From the NCBI RefSeq assembly GCF_964194025.1, contig NC_134474.1:1178001-1242000 (forward strand): 64,000 nucleotides of DNA, written 5' to 3'. Of this stretch, positions 1-11,589 are shown in pieces (the first letter of the stretch is position 1; each line of letters opens with the position of its first letter). This DNA comes from Convolutriloba macropyga (taxonomy: Eukaryota). The translations under genes and the position numbers were made by a program. The notes under the pieces were generated by a model. The model had not been told where the DNA came from. It made no database searches and saw nothing but the letters and a program-made list of their open reading frames with translations.

Positions 1-532
1 TTAGATTTTCTCGAAAGGAGTACAGGGGATAAAAAACATTCGTTCATACCTGGTCTCCCTGTAGCCTACCTAATCGATACTTAGCGTTTCTCAAAAGGGG
101 TATAGGGGTAAAAAAACTTACATTCATACCTGGTCCCCCTGCAGCTTACCTAATCGATACTTAGCCATTCTCAAAAGGGGAACAGGGGGTTAAAAAATTT
201 ATTCTTTCATACCTGGTCCCCCTGCAGCCTACCTAATCGATACTTAGATTTTCTCGAAAGGAGTACAGGGGATAAAAAACATTCGTTCATACCTGGTCTC
301 CCTGTAGCCTACCTAATCGATACTTAGAGTTTCTCAAAAGGAGTATAGGGGGTAAAAAAACTTATTCATTCATACCTGGTCCCCCCTGCAGCTTACCTAA
401 TCGATACTTAGCATTTCTCAAAAGGGGTATAGGGGGTAAGAAAATTTATTCATTCGGTCCCCCTGCAGCCTATCTAATCGATATTTAGCGTTTCTCAAAA
501 GGGGTACAGGGGGTAAAACACTTATTCATTCA
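1..532. repeat. Tandem repeat, ~80-82 bp unit (~6.5 copies) with a 243-bp trimer higher-order structure
   Basis: CTAATCGATACTTAG recurs about every 80 bp; TTAGATTTTCTCGAAAGGAGTACAGGGGAT recurs at 1 and 244. Confidence 0.9.
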
Positions 533-1494
533 TATCCCAATGTGTTGTGATTCGGATAGCGTCGTGTTGTGAAAAATACGTTTCACGGGGAAGTGAGGTT
601 AAGTTTTATTTACGGAATGCAGGCTCAACCCGAAGGGAGACAACCACATTACCACATTTATGATCGTCATAAACGGTAGATAGAATCATAAGTTTATAGT
701 GGTGTAGCACTATCAGAGTCCAAGTCAATTACTGAATGCTTCCTGAGTTTCTGAGGGATATCACCGTCATCACTGGAGACAAATTCAAACTTTTTCTTGG
801 TTGTCAAAAATAATTTTGGGGTATTATTGAGGACGCTGTTCTCATCCAGATTTGAGTCTGACCTACATTTTTGTTTTTTTTTCTTGGCGCATCAGGAGGG
901 TTTTTGAGGGAAAACACTTCTGAAGTAGAGGAAATGTCGCAAAAACTTTCACTTCGATCTGATTCCTCAGCTTCATCGTCGATAAATAAGCACCTGTCGT
1001 GGTCGAAATCATCTTGCTCGCTCAACAGTTCAAAGTCAATCAGGTCCTCTTCAAGTTCATCATCGCTGTATGATCGTTGGTTGAGACCTGGGTCAGGCGG
1101 AGACCAGAACTCCTGCAGCTCTGTTTGTGGAGTGTACTGAGTAGGCGGTGGGCTCTGTTCCATGGAAGACTCTGCCAGGCCTTCGATGTCACTCTCATCG
1201 CTTGAACCCCACTCTGGATTGCAAGTAATCTGTCGGGCAAACATTTCATTTGGCAATTGCATATGTCCGAATGGTAGCGTTGTTAATTTGTCCTGCAAAT
1301 ATAACGCTTATCGTCGTATCCAGACAACAATTTTTTATTGGTAACAATTGTCATCAACTGGTGTTTGCTTGATGCAATTCTTGTATTTAGCAGGCGTACT
1401 GTTTCTCCACCCAAGATGACCTGCTTGTACATTTCATGAGTCATTCTCTGCCGCGCGTCTCTGGTGACCCCTTAAGCTGACTGCTTCGTATCAC

Positions 1495-1660
1495 CTGTGA
1501 AAGTTTTTAATATAGATTGAACAGCTGATTTCACCTGTAGCCACTAGACAACAGAAACTGACTTTAGAAAAAATTTGAACCATCGATTACATCTTCTCAC
1601 GTCATCTCTTCGTAATATATGCAAAAGAAAAACTGGTGAGTATATAAAAGAAATATTTAC
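1495..1660 (-). other. Predicted spliceosomal intron 2 of pPolB (166 nt, phase 1)
   Basis: GAAC|GTAAAT...TTTCACAG|GTGAT on -. Removal joins KLYSIKLSE-R-DTKQSA(K>*)GVTR in frame. Confidence 0.8.
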
Positions 1661-4248
1661 GTTCGGAAAGTTTGATCGAGTAGAGCTTGGGCTTGAGACC
1701 TACAAATTCAGAAACTGTCTGACCAGCCATTTCATCCTTGAACTTGAGCGTCACTTTTGCAGTGCTTCCATCGTATTGTGGATAGTTCCTTGGGAATTTG
1801 GAGAAGTCAAAGAGCTGTGTCATTTGTTTTGATTCTATATCTGCAAAAAAGTCCTCTGTTTGCACCTCATAAACAAAGCTGTCAGTGTCAGAATAAAGCA
1901 GTTTGCAGTCAAAGTTCTGTTTCATGGTTTTGTAGTGGAACTCATACATAAATTTTTTTGAGAGGTCTAGGATACACGCTCCAACAATTGTAGGTTTGTC
2001 CCATAAAATTTCGGTCTGGTTGAGAATTACTGTAGCCAAATCATCAGCAGGGATTTGAAAAGTTTTTAGCTCAGGTCCACTAGTCCATTTTAAGGCTTCT
2101 TGTTCATCACGTACCATCTTGAATTTAATCCAGTTGCGTTTGCCTTCACATGTTTTGCCAAAAGCTCTGTTTACCATGAGCTTATAGAAATTCTCTTCAA
2201 ATTTGTTCTGAGCTTCCTTGCGCTTTTCAGTGTTCAGCTGAACGTATGGCCCCAGCCATTTGGACTGTTTGAATGCAAGTGATTGATGAACTTTGGTTAT
2301 TTTCAGCCCTAGCTCAACGTACAATTTGAGTGTCTGATAATGCAGAGTATATTTCGTTTTTGGGAATAGAATTTGAATCAGTTTTTTATTCGAAGGAGGA
2401 GCGTTCACTTGCATCTGCTCAAGGAGTTCCCGTTGGTAGTCACTCAGCCAGTATGCACCAATTTTGTCCTTTGTTGGTGCTAATGGGAAGTCAGAGTGTA
2501 GATTGTGAATATCGTCGGGATAGTCCAGGTCTACTTCTACAATGTAGCCAACATCACTGTCATCTGCAGTCTCTAGAATTTTGTTGATTAGTTCAGGTTC
2601 AATTTCTGAATCCCATACCTGATCGAAATAATCAAAATCGTTAAGTGGTAAGCAAAATTTTTCCATCACTCCACCATAAAGATTGCTTGCGTCGATCATT
2701 ATAATGAAGGTTGACGGATTCTCTGCATCAAAATTTTCGAGATATTTATTGTTGGCTACTGCCAATCTTTTACTGTAAACGGAACTGATCCCTCTGCGGA
2801 TCAGATTTTCTACCATGTCTAGGTGCTCGCGCTGGGTTAGCAACTCTATGGGGGCTTTGCAAGTTTTCAGCATTGCCTCACCTGATAAATTCGATGCAGT
2901 ATAGTACTGGCAGCAGTCGAAACCATATGTTTCGTAACAAACTTTTCGGAAGCGGACTACAATTGCCGCTAACAGAAAAACGTCGGTTTGCAGATAAATG
3001 TCGTCGTATTCAACGACAGTACTACATTCAAAAAGTTTGAATACTTCTACTGCGTGCTCGTATTCTTCTTGTGTTACGTTAACTTCAATCTAATGTAAAC
3101 TGTTTGTCCACAGAGAACGCGGAGGCAGCTTAGACTCCTCCAGTTTGTCGAAGTTGTCAATGTAGCTGTAAGGGAAGAAGCCTTTTTGCTTCAACTTGTC
3201 GACAACACTTTCTGACCATTCACTGAAGTGCTGCACCAGAAACTGGAAAGCTTCGGCTGGCAGATTTTTAGCCAATGAGTCAAGAGATGAAGGCATGAAC
3301 CAAAAAGAGTCCAGCAGTCTTATGTTTTCGTATACTGGTCGTTCCTTTTTGTTTTTGTCTAACCGCATTTTTATGAAAACTCCAATTTCGAGTGCTATAT
3401 ATTTTTCATCTGTGGTTGGGACTATTGTAACTCGGTTTCGCATGTTGCTTCCTTGAAGTGCTAGTATTACGTGGTGGAGATCATAGTTTGAAAGATTATG
3501 CGCAAATACTGGCGTGAAATTCAAAAGTCAAATGAGCCCAGCCAAGAAACTCACCCGTGAAGTGACAATTGTCTAGCACTGTTGGGTTTTCGATCGATTG
3601 ATCTAATGGAGATTCGCAAATCCAACAGTTCTCAACGTTAGTTCTTGCGACTGTCGGTATGCCATCAAAGTATCTGTTTTGTTGTTTCTTGACATATATT
3701 GTCATGGCCATCTTCTCGAGCGACTCCACAAATTGCTGCATTACTCCAGGACCTCGTTCACCTTCAAAATGAAATTGTTCTTCTTGACCTTGTGCAATGA
3801 ACAGCAAGGCATAGCTGCATGGTTTGTGTATTTCAATAGCTCTTGAATCGGAGAACTATGGGTCGTTTCTACAGGTCGTGACCGGCTCAATGATTGACTC
3901 GAGATCAAAAAAGCCAACTACTGGAGCAAACCAGCGAGCTTGTAGTTTTCTAAAGGTGAAGGAATTTTTGTTTTCAGCTGGCATTCGCACAATAGCTGGC
4001 TTCTTCTCTTGACAACAAGATATGTGTTTTTCGTATCTTGCTTTTGAACTACAGACATGAAAATAGTTCCTGCACAGATGATTATCAATGCGTAGAGTTT
4101 TTTCCTCACTTTGTGCACTAAGCTCTTCAAGTTTCGGATCAGGACGTAGTGATGCATGGTTCCATCGCTTAGAAGAAGTAAATCGAGATTGAATTCAAAA
4201 TCGAGTTTTTTTGAGACACGGAAGGGGATCAGTTTCTCGTCTGAGTAC

Positions 4249-4386
4249 CTAAAGTTGAACGCGTGTTTTAGTTTCCAATCAAAAGAGGAGTGTTAGAGGG
4301 GGATATATATATATATATATATATATATAACCAATGAAAACTTTTATACGATGCTATTATTTCAAATATAATAAAGCATAACTTAC
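4249..4386 (-). other. Predicted spliceosomal intron 1 of pPolB (138 nt, phase 2), containing (AT)n
   Basis: TTTCG|GTAAGT...CAACTTTAG|GTAC on -. Removal joins VRVNVFR-YSDEKLIPFRVSK...LLLLSDGTMHHYVLI in frame. Confidence 0.85.
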
Positions 4387-5836
4387 CGAAACACGTTTAC
4401 ACGCACATTGTTCAGCTCCTCAAATCGACTCATCTGGTGAAATACCATGGGCATGTTATACTGTCCAATTGGCTGCTTGGCAATTTTGTTTTCGGGCCCA
4501 TATGTATGAGGGCTAGTAATTTGTCGTACTGAGGTTCCTTTTGGCACATGTCGTGGCCCATACTTCAAATGATATGCCGCTGTGAAGCAATATAAAAAGC
4601 AGTTTTCATCTTCCCTGTTTCTGATGTTAAGAAGAGCTGACGTTTGCGAGAGCTTATGTGGTAACGCTAAGTAAGATGAGCCCGCGATTGGCTTCGATTT
4701 CACTGTGCGAATTTCAATTTTTATTATCTGATCCAAAGTCCAACCGCTACCATGAGATGCAAAGCTGTTCAGTGACAGGAGCATCTGTTCAACCATTTGG
4801 TGAAAACTTTCGTCTGCAATGCCTCCGAAGTCAACTAGATCCATTTTTGACTGTACATGAATTGTTATCTTGTGTGATTACTCAGACAAGTCTTCTGAGT
4901 CTTCAACTGGTTTTCTTTGAGTATCACAGCTCCAAATTGTATTTTCTGAGGACTCTACTGCACACTTATTCTGACAATGTTCTTGATCTCTTCACTTTTA
5001 ACCTGCATGGCGTGTACCAGGTGAATCTCGCGGACACCCACTTTCACTTCGTACTCCCTCATGCTGTTTCCGAAAGCTTTTTCAACTGGTAGTAGTCCTT
5101 TTTCAGAGATTGTGTCTGCGTTAACATTACAGTTGGTAAACCATGGACGTTATTCATATGTTCCATGTAGTCCAGGTATCTGCTGAAAATTTTGTTACAG
5201 TAAAGACAGTATCGAGGATTTGTCTGTCCGTGTTGAACCGTCACATGGCCTGTCATTTCATATAAGCTATGGGTCTCATAGCCACAGTCATGACATTCGA
5301 ACGAGTTGCGGGTGGGTGTAAATTTGATGAATTGTTTTTCTGTGTCGTCGGAGGCTTCTTTTATCAGAAAGTTTTTTTGACAAATGTCGCAAACTATTGG
5401 GTTCATTTTTGTTGAACAAAACTTCAGCTTATGGCGCTAAAAACCCTCAGCTGTGAACAGAACAGGATTGAAAGCAGTAAAATTGGAGTTTAAAAGTAAG
5501 AGCAGAAAGATTTTAGTCAACTGAACAGTAGAAAGAAAGGCGAAAACAATGAGTGAAAGACTGCTACTGTAATCAAAGTAATCCGGGTATCTTTAGCCAA
5601 TCAGCTAAAAGCAAACTTTAATCATTTGTTTTAAGCAAGCTTTAATCACAATACGCGTCAACAAAATTTTATGTCCTCGGGTGGACTTATTGACATTGTG
5701 TAAGATCTCGCTGGGCGGCTGTCCTCTGAAAAAATTCAACTATCTAGAGCTGCTTAGGCTTATGTTTATCTGAAGACTATAAAATCAACATATCTGGGGG
5801 CGTTATGTCTGTAAAATTTAGAGATTTGAGACATAG

Positions 5837-5873
5837 TTTATTTGCCTTTCTCAGAGATTAAAAAATGTTTATT
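5837..5873 (-). terminator. Candidate AATAAA polyadenylation signals ending the structural cassette
   Basis: TTTATT on + at 5837-5842 and 5868-5873, about 100-140 nt past the protease stop. A similar site lies at 605-610 after pPolB. Confidence 0.35.
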
Positions 5874-5977
5874 AGAAATTAATATTGAAACGCTATTTCA
5901 AACTTTTGGCTTGGCAGTTTTTTGGATTCTCAGAATCATATATCTAATGAACTTTCAGATATTTTTTTGGAGAAATT

Positions 5978-6433
5978 TTACTTCATATGTTTATTAAATG
6001 ACAGCAGCTGCATCTCATTTACATCAGGAATATAGGGAAAGTAATCAGTCATAAGATAGTGAGCAATATATATGAAAAAAAGTCCACACATTTGCGAGTT
6101 CGCGCATTGCAGGGGTTTTCCGGCTTCTCGTCTATCTTCCATAAGATCCACATATATAGTGTCCGCACTGATACCCTTTAGGTGATCGCAAATATGCTTA
6201 TACGAATAAATTGGTAAAGCCAAAGGGTCTGAAAAGTAGATAATTGGAGACCAATATCTTTTGGCTAACACAACCCAATGTGTACCAATTGATGCAGCAG
6301 ATGCAGCGTTGACAATAGTAAAAGAATTTGGCGACATTTTCAGGGGGAAGTTGTCTGCGGCATAGACACCGTTGAATTTATTTTTCAAGTGTTTGCATTG
6401 CTGTATCAACTTGAATATCTGATCTTCATCCAT
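5978..6433 (-). CDS. Adenain-like cysteine maturation protease
   Basis: IVN...GTHW, YFSDPLA, Q...SQMCG catalytic H/D/Q/C pattern. The ATG at 6433 overlaps the MCP stop. Confidence 0.88.
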   Translation of the reverse strand: MDEDQIFKLIQQCKHLKNKFNGVYAADNFPLKMSPNSFTIVNAASAASIGTHWVVLAKRYWSPIIYFSDPLALPIYSYKHICDHLKGISADTIYVDLMEDRREAGKPLQCANSQMCGLFFIYIAHYLMTDYFPYIPDVNEMQLLSFNKHMK

Positions 6434-7738
6434 TAGCTCATAGGCAGAGAGTTTTTGGAAACGTTTCTTGCAGAAACGATGTATACTGTTGAACATTTTT
6501 CTCCCAAGAATATTATTTCAATGTTGTTTGCTAATGTTGCACCGAACTTAAGTTCGACTGCTAATGATGAGTTTGTTAATTCGGGGTGAATGAAATCATG
6601 CGTGGCTTCTTGTGTACTCGTAAGATCAAACACCATTATATAATGGCGCGGGAAATCAGCCAATGATATACCGTGACCATTTTCAATGAAAGCCAAGGCT
6701 CCCATTGAATTGAAGTATAGCCTTTTGTCGTCTCTGGTCGACATTGGCGTACCAGCAGTTGCAAATCCATTGCGGTAAACAGTTATCTCATTTAGACCAA
6801 ACTTTCGATATGAAATTGGATTTTCAGTGTTGGTTCCAATGAAAGCAGCACTTGCAGACATTGCAATGATAAGTCTTCGAATGGGTTCCTTTGTGAAAAT
6901 ATCTTCTTGTTTCCAGCTTTGTTGTCCAACTTCGTTGTACAACAAACTTCGTTGTAACTTCGTTGTATCGATACATGGCTGGGGTTTTCAGAAGGGTTTT
7001 TTCAATTGCTCCCACCACATTATCCGATACTGTCATTTTGCGAACGAACAGATTAGCTTCATCGATTTTCACTTTATAATGCTTTGCACCGTCTTCACTC
7101 ATTATAACAAAGTCATCTTGTGATCTTCGGAAAGAGATTCGCATTGTGACACCACTTATTAGGTGCTTCTCACATGAGAAAAAGTCTACAGCAACTTTAC
7201 CGTATAGTGTAAGTTGGATGGATCTTCGAACAAGTAGTTCCCGTTGGGAAATAGTAGCGTTTGGAATTGTGTTGGGATCAGATTCGTATTCGTATCCTTG
7301 ACATTTCAACCATGTACTTTTTGCGTCTGAGCCATGAGAAAACTCAGTTTCAATGAAACATTTGTGCGCGTAGTGTCCATTAGCTGATGAAATTTTGTTA
7401 CCGTTAGCTGACACTGTACAATCAGCGAACAAAGAGTGTAAGATATTATTTACGAAGAAAGGTGTGTCGCTTGCATTGGCATCTCCAGTAGTATAACGTA
7501 AATTGCTTCCATTGCTTTGCACAATACAGCACTTTACCTCAAGATAAATTTACTGTAAGTCGATGAAATTGTTTCGGTCTCCAACAATTTCAAATTCCAG
7601 TGACGATCCGGTAGGAGAATAAAGGGGGCCAGTTTTCTGCTCAAAAGCTTGGTCAAACGTAACGAGCAGAGGGGTTTTCTCGAACAAGTCCAATGAACTA
7701 TGCGTTGCCTCAGATGGGATAACAATGTTAGCGCGCAT
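6433..7738 (-). pseudogene. Major capsid protein (double jelly-roll, hexon-like), frameshifted
   Basis: Fragments 7550-7738, 6824-7522, 6433-6945 with SLDLF, LEFEI, NNILHSLF, FDLTS and VELKF motifs typical of Polinton MCP; position next to the protease. Confidence 0.85.
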
Positions 7739-7900
7739 TTTTGACTTTTGAGAAGAAATCTGATCGACTTCTTTGCAGCTTGGTTTTTGATGAAATGGCG
7801 CGGCGCGTTTAATTGGAGAAGGTTTGTTTTTGTAAGCTTTGCTTCCAGGGGACTTCTTTCGTCTAATGACGCGCTGACCGATGTGAAGTGATCCTCCTAA

Positions 7901-8170
7901 TTATTTTTTTACTGTTTTTGCTACTGTACTTTTTAATGCCTGCTTTGCTGTCTTCTTCTTTGTTGCAAATTCAGCTATCTCCGGCGCTCCTTGCACAAGA
8001 AGCTCTCTGCCTATTCGCTTTGCTAGAGGCCAAATAAATCGTCTTGCCAAAGGTAAGGCCACGCGTCCGATGCCAGCAGCCAATGCTCCAAAACCGCTTC
8101 CTCTTTGTCTGTAATGTCCTGAGAAGTGGGGTATCGAATTGGCTGCTTGATCATTATAGTAGGCTTCCAT
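7901..8170 (-). CDS. Small basic core-like protein (QRGSG|F cleavage-type site, amphipathic helix); probably continued to ~7735 before a premature stop
   Basis: YYNDQA...QRGSGFGALAAGIGRVALPL followed by a K/R-rich tail; sits between penton and MCP. Confidence 0.65.
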   Translation of the reverse strand: MEAYYNDQAANSIPHFSGHYRQRGSGFGALAAGIGRVALPLARRFIWPLAKRIGRELLVQGAPEIAEFATKKKTAKQALKSTVAKTVKK

Positions 8171-8173
8171 CAG

Positions 8174-9022
8174 TTAGCTCGTTCTCTGAAATTTAAGACT
8201 GATTACAACTTTACCGATTCCAGTGAAAGGTATTAGTTTCCCAGTCTGAGTTCTCAGCTCAACTTTGATGCTCTGGATATTGTTTGAAAGTAAATGCTTG
8301 TAATCCAAGTTTGTGAAAGTTTTGTGGTGAACAGGTGCTATTGTGTTGAGGCTGCCGTTTCTCAAACGTCTCTCCGATTCATTGATTTTGAGAATGGGTG
8401 CCCGTGAGTCACCCACGTGTTGATACTCTATAAAATCAAGGTAGACAAAAATAATCTGTGAGCCACATGTTATATCAACGGAGAAAATACCAAAATGTCT
8501 GTTAGGAGAGTTCGGAGCCCCACTTTCCAAGTTTGTCTTGTAACCAATGTGAACAAAACCATTGTGTGCAGGGTCCGGGGTCCCCTTGAAATCAAGAATG
8601 CTGGGAGTTTCATTGTCTTGAAATGACAATCCTTCATTTTCCCCAAATGTTAACACAAGCTTTTGCGTTATCATGTCGAACTTACGATCAAACTGTTTTA
8701 GTTTTGCAATGCGAACAATCTCCGAGACTAGATCTTCCCAGCTGTTGTAAATACCAGTCCGAAGTTTTCTGAGTTGTCCTGATCGATTACTCGACTCATT
8801 TGGATCGGTCATTGAATTCTTGTAAACAACTATTTCTCCAGAGTTGACGTTATTGATGTTTGATGGAAAAGATAGAGAAGTCAATGGTACTTGCCATTCT
8901 CCATGTAAGTGTATCGGTTGTGATAATTGGTTCCGAAATGCTGCCATAGTATTTTCATTGAAAACGTCCATTGATGCATTCGATAACAAGTCAATTGTAA
9001 ACTCATTGCTGTTAGAAATCAT
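8174..9022 (-). CDS. Minor capsid protein (penton-like)
   Basis: FTIDLLSNASMDVFNENT...F...L..PI.L.GEWQV start, VYLDFIEYQHVGD, and ELRTQTGKLIPF...LKF end. Confidence 0.8.
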   Translation of the reverse strand: MISNSNEFTIDLLSNASMDVFNENTMAAFRNQLSQPIHLHGEWQVPLTSLSFPSNINNVNSGEIVVYKNSMTDPNESSNRSGQLRKLRTGIYNSWEDLVSEIVRIAKLKQFDRKFDMITQKLVLTFGENEGLSFQDNETPSILDFKGTPDPAHNGFVHIGYKTNLESGAPNSPNRHFGIFSVDITCGSQIIFVYLDFIEYQHVGDSRAPILKINESERRLRNGSLNTIAPVHHKTFTNLDYKHLLSNNIQSIKVELRTQTGKLIPFTGIGKVVISLKFQRTS

Positions 9023-9915
9023 TGCTCCTCTTCAGTGTTTAACACATCAACTTATACTAATTCCGGTTCGTAAAACTTCCTTAGAATTTTAACGTTGTTT
9101 GCGTCAATCAGATTGTAGGTAGGTGGACTTGATGCAGCCAATCGTAGTACTGTGAAAACTTCGTCTGTATAATTCTGAGTATAACCTTTTCTGAAGGTAT
9201 CGTCTGGTTTCGCTATTCGTACCAGGTCCCCCTCTTCGAATTTTGGTTTATATTTATTGTTGTCTAAAGCCATCGAAATTAAAAATGGTTCATGTTTTTT
9301 TGAAAACTTTATTTGGGGCTAACTTTGTGACGCGGTTAACACGACTGTTAATGATATTTACGAATTTGGGAAGCTCCTTTATATAGTTCCAAGTCCATTT
9401 TTCTTCCAAGTATCTGTATATAATGTTTTTAAGTGATCGAATATTTCTTTCCGCAAACGCGGATTTGGTTTCGTTTTCGGTTGTATACAAAAGAATCTTT
9501 TTGTTTTCACAGAAAGTTTTGAACTCGCCTTTGAATTCAGTGCCTTTGTCCGTCCAGACTTTCTCTGGTTGTCTCGTCTTGATCATTTTTTTGAAGACTT
9601 CAAAGCAATCTTTTGCATACATAGAGGTTGAACACGTAAATAACGTGATAAAACGTCAACTGCAACCAATAGATATTTAACCCCATTATTGTGCTTTGCT
9701 AATTTGTCCATATAGGCTACATCCATGGACCAGATCTCGTTTATTCTGTAAGCAACTACCTTCAATCGTGGAAAATATTTCCGGAGTTGACGATATTTGG
9801 TGTACGAGTTTTTCGATTGAAAAAATTTCTCAATTTTTTTTCTGTAATAGACCGCTTTCCTTTTTGATGTTGGTAACACTTCCAAAGGCTGCTTTTCCTT
9901 TTATGTAGACGTCAT
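9019..9915 (-). pseudogene. Retroviral-like (rve, DDE) integrase, frameshifted
   Basis: WSMDVAYM, VDVLSRY, WTDKGTEF, AERNIRSLK, GDLVRI...FRKGY...EVF...FYEPEL. Confidence 0.92.
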
Positions 9916-10643
9916 TTAGTTTTTTGATTTCCACTGAATGGAGTTTTCCAGCTTGTTGGCGTTTTTATTTCTTCCTCTGCGTCTGCGAAGCCTTCCTCAT
10001 CAAAGCTAGCAGTCTCTGTTTTTTCTGCTCTCTCGACAGCAGGTTTCTGTTCACTGGCTCCTCCATCTGGAAAATGACGTAATTTTTGCTCTTTCTGAAC
10101 TTTGATGAGCTTCTTTGCATAAGTATTACAAGTGTGGTGTGGTGCAAGGTTCAAATAATTCAGCACTTCATAATGGTCATGCGAAAGTTTCGTTGATGTT
10201 TGTTGTAATGCGTAGAGGAAAGTTGAAGCTGGAATGTTAGTGCTCCTCTCATCGATGAGAATTTCGCCTTCATCGTCCAGAGAGATGTTACGCGATTGGT
10301 TTATCTTCTTCAAAATTGTTTTTGATTTTTCAAGTTTGTCCTTGTCGAGAAAATTTATGTCATCGATCACATTCTGACTGATTTCATCAAACTCTTTCTG
10401 ATTAAACCCATCTGTAAATTGTTGCTGTTTTTCTTCCTCATCGGACACGATGACGTCATCAGTCTGTTGCTCTTTGTTCTGATGAATAACTGCTTCTGGC
10501 TGCTCTTGTTTCAATGTTCTCTGCAGAAGCGATAGTTGTTCTGATTTGCTTCGTGCAGTTGGGTCCTTCAATATTTGCGAAACCTGAGGTTGTTCAGTTG
10601 TAAACATGTTCCGGGGAATAAGCACAAATTCTTCAGTTGGCAT
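9912..10643 (-). CDS. Polinton hypothetical protein (243 aa)
   Basis: Intact ORF in the cassette; FVLIP start and W near the C-terminus; stop overlaps the integrase ATG. Confidence 0.7.
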   Translation of the reverse strand: MPTEEFVLIPRNMFTTEQPQVSQILKDPTARSKSEQLSLLQRTLKQEQPEAVIHQNKEQQTDDVIVSDEEEKQQQFTDGFNQKEFDEISQNVIDDINFLDKDKLEKSKTILKKINQSRNISLDDEGEILIDERSTNIPASTFLYALQQTSTKLSHDHYEVLNYLNLAPHHTCNTYAKKLIKVQKEQKLRHFPDGGASEQKPAVERAEKTETASFDEEGFADAEEEIKTPTSWKTPFSGNQKTK

Positions 10644-10929
10644 TTTTCTTCAGATACTCTAGACAAGATCTGGCAATGAGTCGAATCAGAGAATGCCCTC
10701 TCGTTGTTTGGAAATGCTTACTTCTTTGTACTGCTTTAAAATGTTTTTCGGAAAGTTGTCGCAGTTGGGATTCGAATTTTTGCAGTTCTGTTTTGTTGAT
10801 TGAGACAACACCAGAGAGGACGTTCATAACACAATCGCTTAGAAACCAAATGAAATCAATATCTTGGGCTAGGAAATTTCGCTTGCCTCTCGATTTCGGG
10901 TTACTGCCGACGCACCAGCACTTCAGCAT
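10633..10929 (-). CDS. Small basic Polinton protein
   Basis: FLSDCVMNVLSGVVSI resembles the conserved ECxxNxLxGxV motif; located between the ATPase and the 243-aa ORF. Confidence 0.6.
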   Translation of the reverse strand: MLKCWCVGSNPKSRGKRNFLAQDIDFIWFLSDCVMNVLSGVVSINKTELQKFESQLRQLSEKHFKAVQRSKHFQTTRGHSLIRLIARSCLEYLKKNAN

Positions 10930-11589
10930 AAGCAAGTGTCTCTTTTTCATTCGTTATTGGTGTAATAATGGCTTCCTCCGAAGGAATATAGAAAAATGAC
11001 GGTTCGGGACCAATAAGTTGAGAAGAAGATTGTAAGCCTTGACTTGTTTTCGGATCAAGGTCAACAATTAAATGTCCATATGGCTGAGTTGTCGCTAATT
11101 TGTATGCATCCTTGAGTAATTGGAGGAAGTTCAACTGTTTTCCGAGATTTTCTATTTGTTGAATGTCGCGCAATGATTCGAACAAAATGATATGAGTGGT
11201 GTTGAGATCAATCGTTCGTGACCACTTGCTCTGTTGGAATAAGTTATGTTTGACATAAATCACGTGGAGTCTTCTGTGTCTTCTGATGTTGCAATTTTTA
11301 CGAACTCTTTGTCCTTAAATATTTCCTCGCATCATAAACAAGAAGGCAATTCGAAAGTTTCTTTGTTAGATCCAATCCAGAATATTTGATGAACTCGATT
11401 TGTGGTATTTTACATTGTGTAGCTGTAAAAATGTCCTGGAACTCTTTGTAGAAGTAATAAAATTTTGATAAATCTTGGGTAAAACGATGAGCTTTGCAAC
11501 ATGTTGAAAATTAGGTCGGTTTTCCCTGAACCACTCGGGCCTACAACTGCCATGAAGATTCTATCGTTTGTAAGAATAACTTTATTCAT
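10901..11589 (-). pseudogene. A32/FtsK-HerA-type packaging ATPase, frameshifted
   Basis: Walker A GPSGSGKT, RHRRLHVIYVKHNLFQQ, LNTTHIILF, PYGHLIVDL. Confidence 0.9.

Larger units (their letters stand above)
804..5406 (-). pseudogene. Protein-primed DNA polymerase B (pPolB) with N-terminal C2H2 zinc fingers, Endo VII/HNH-like insert, two introns and an acidic C-terminal tail
   Basis: ORF fragments 5059-5406, 4383-4844, 3918-4157, 3496-3807, 3090-3524, 1602-2873, 804-1298. Motifs HHYVLI, CWIC...DNCHFTG, HNLSNYD, LLDSFWFM, FPYSY, IDASNLYG, KLMVNRAFGK, YSDTDS, PKLY, A*GV, YDDKRY, TLPFGH. Confidence 0.93.

Noticed and set aside
1-532. CRISPR-like periodicity
   Set aside because: Whole units are repeated; there are no unique spacers.
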